A stretch of DNA of 64,000 nt from Azolla caroliniana (taxonomy: Eukaryota > Plantae > Polypodiophyta), in contig JBHGNT010000007.1 of assembly GCA_043228905.1 (NCBI GenBank), positions 8,804,001-8,868,000 on the forward strand, given 5' to 3'. Under the pieces are notes generated by a model. The model was not told where the DNA came from, made no database searches, and saw only the letters and a program-made list of their open reading frames with translations. Made by a program: the position numbers and the translations under genes. This document shows, piece after piece, positions 63,958 through 64,000 of this stretch; position 1 is the first letter of the stretch, and each line of letters starts with the position of its first letter.

Positions 63958-64000
63958 CTTGTAACTTCCTTGGTCCCTTTGAAGGGATTCAACACCAGTC

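Overview
Eukaryotic (plant, moss-like by inference) heterochromatin with no intact host protein gene. The scaffold is a tandem array of ~620-720 bp AT-rich units, each carrying a nuclear-type tRNA-Glu(TTC) gene or pseudogene (20 copies on the + strand, in blocks 1-4790, ~10030-10667, 21925-22482 and ~23795-30985). The array is interrupted and followed by nested LTR retrotransposons. These include Ty1/copia elements (a near-intact one at 57978-63637, an older one at 51274-57639, an internally deleted one at 5823-9146, several fragments), Ty3/gypsy elements (a full-length one at 38566-46756 with a Trp PBS, fragments, and solo LTRs with 4-bp CG-centred TSDs), a hAT-type MITE (52023-52987) and a LINE zf-RVT remnant. 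The window ends in a heat-shock-element/TATA cluster. Most interesting signals: the terminator-less tRNA-Glu satellite with anticodon-switched copies, a tRNA/Pol III cassette inside the gypsy LTRs, a GGAUUUU-UAG -1 frameshift after the gypsy protease, CpG-centred gypsy target sites, and a conserved PPT/U3 hairpin in the copia elements. All coordinates were read by eye and may be off by a few bases.
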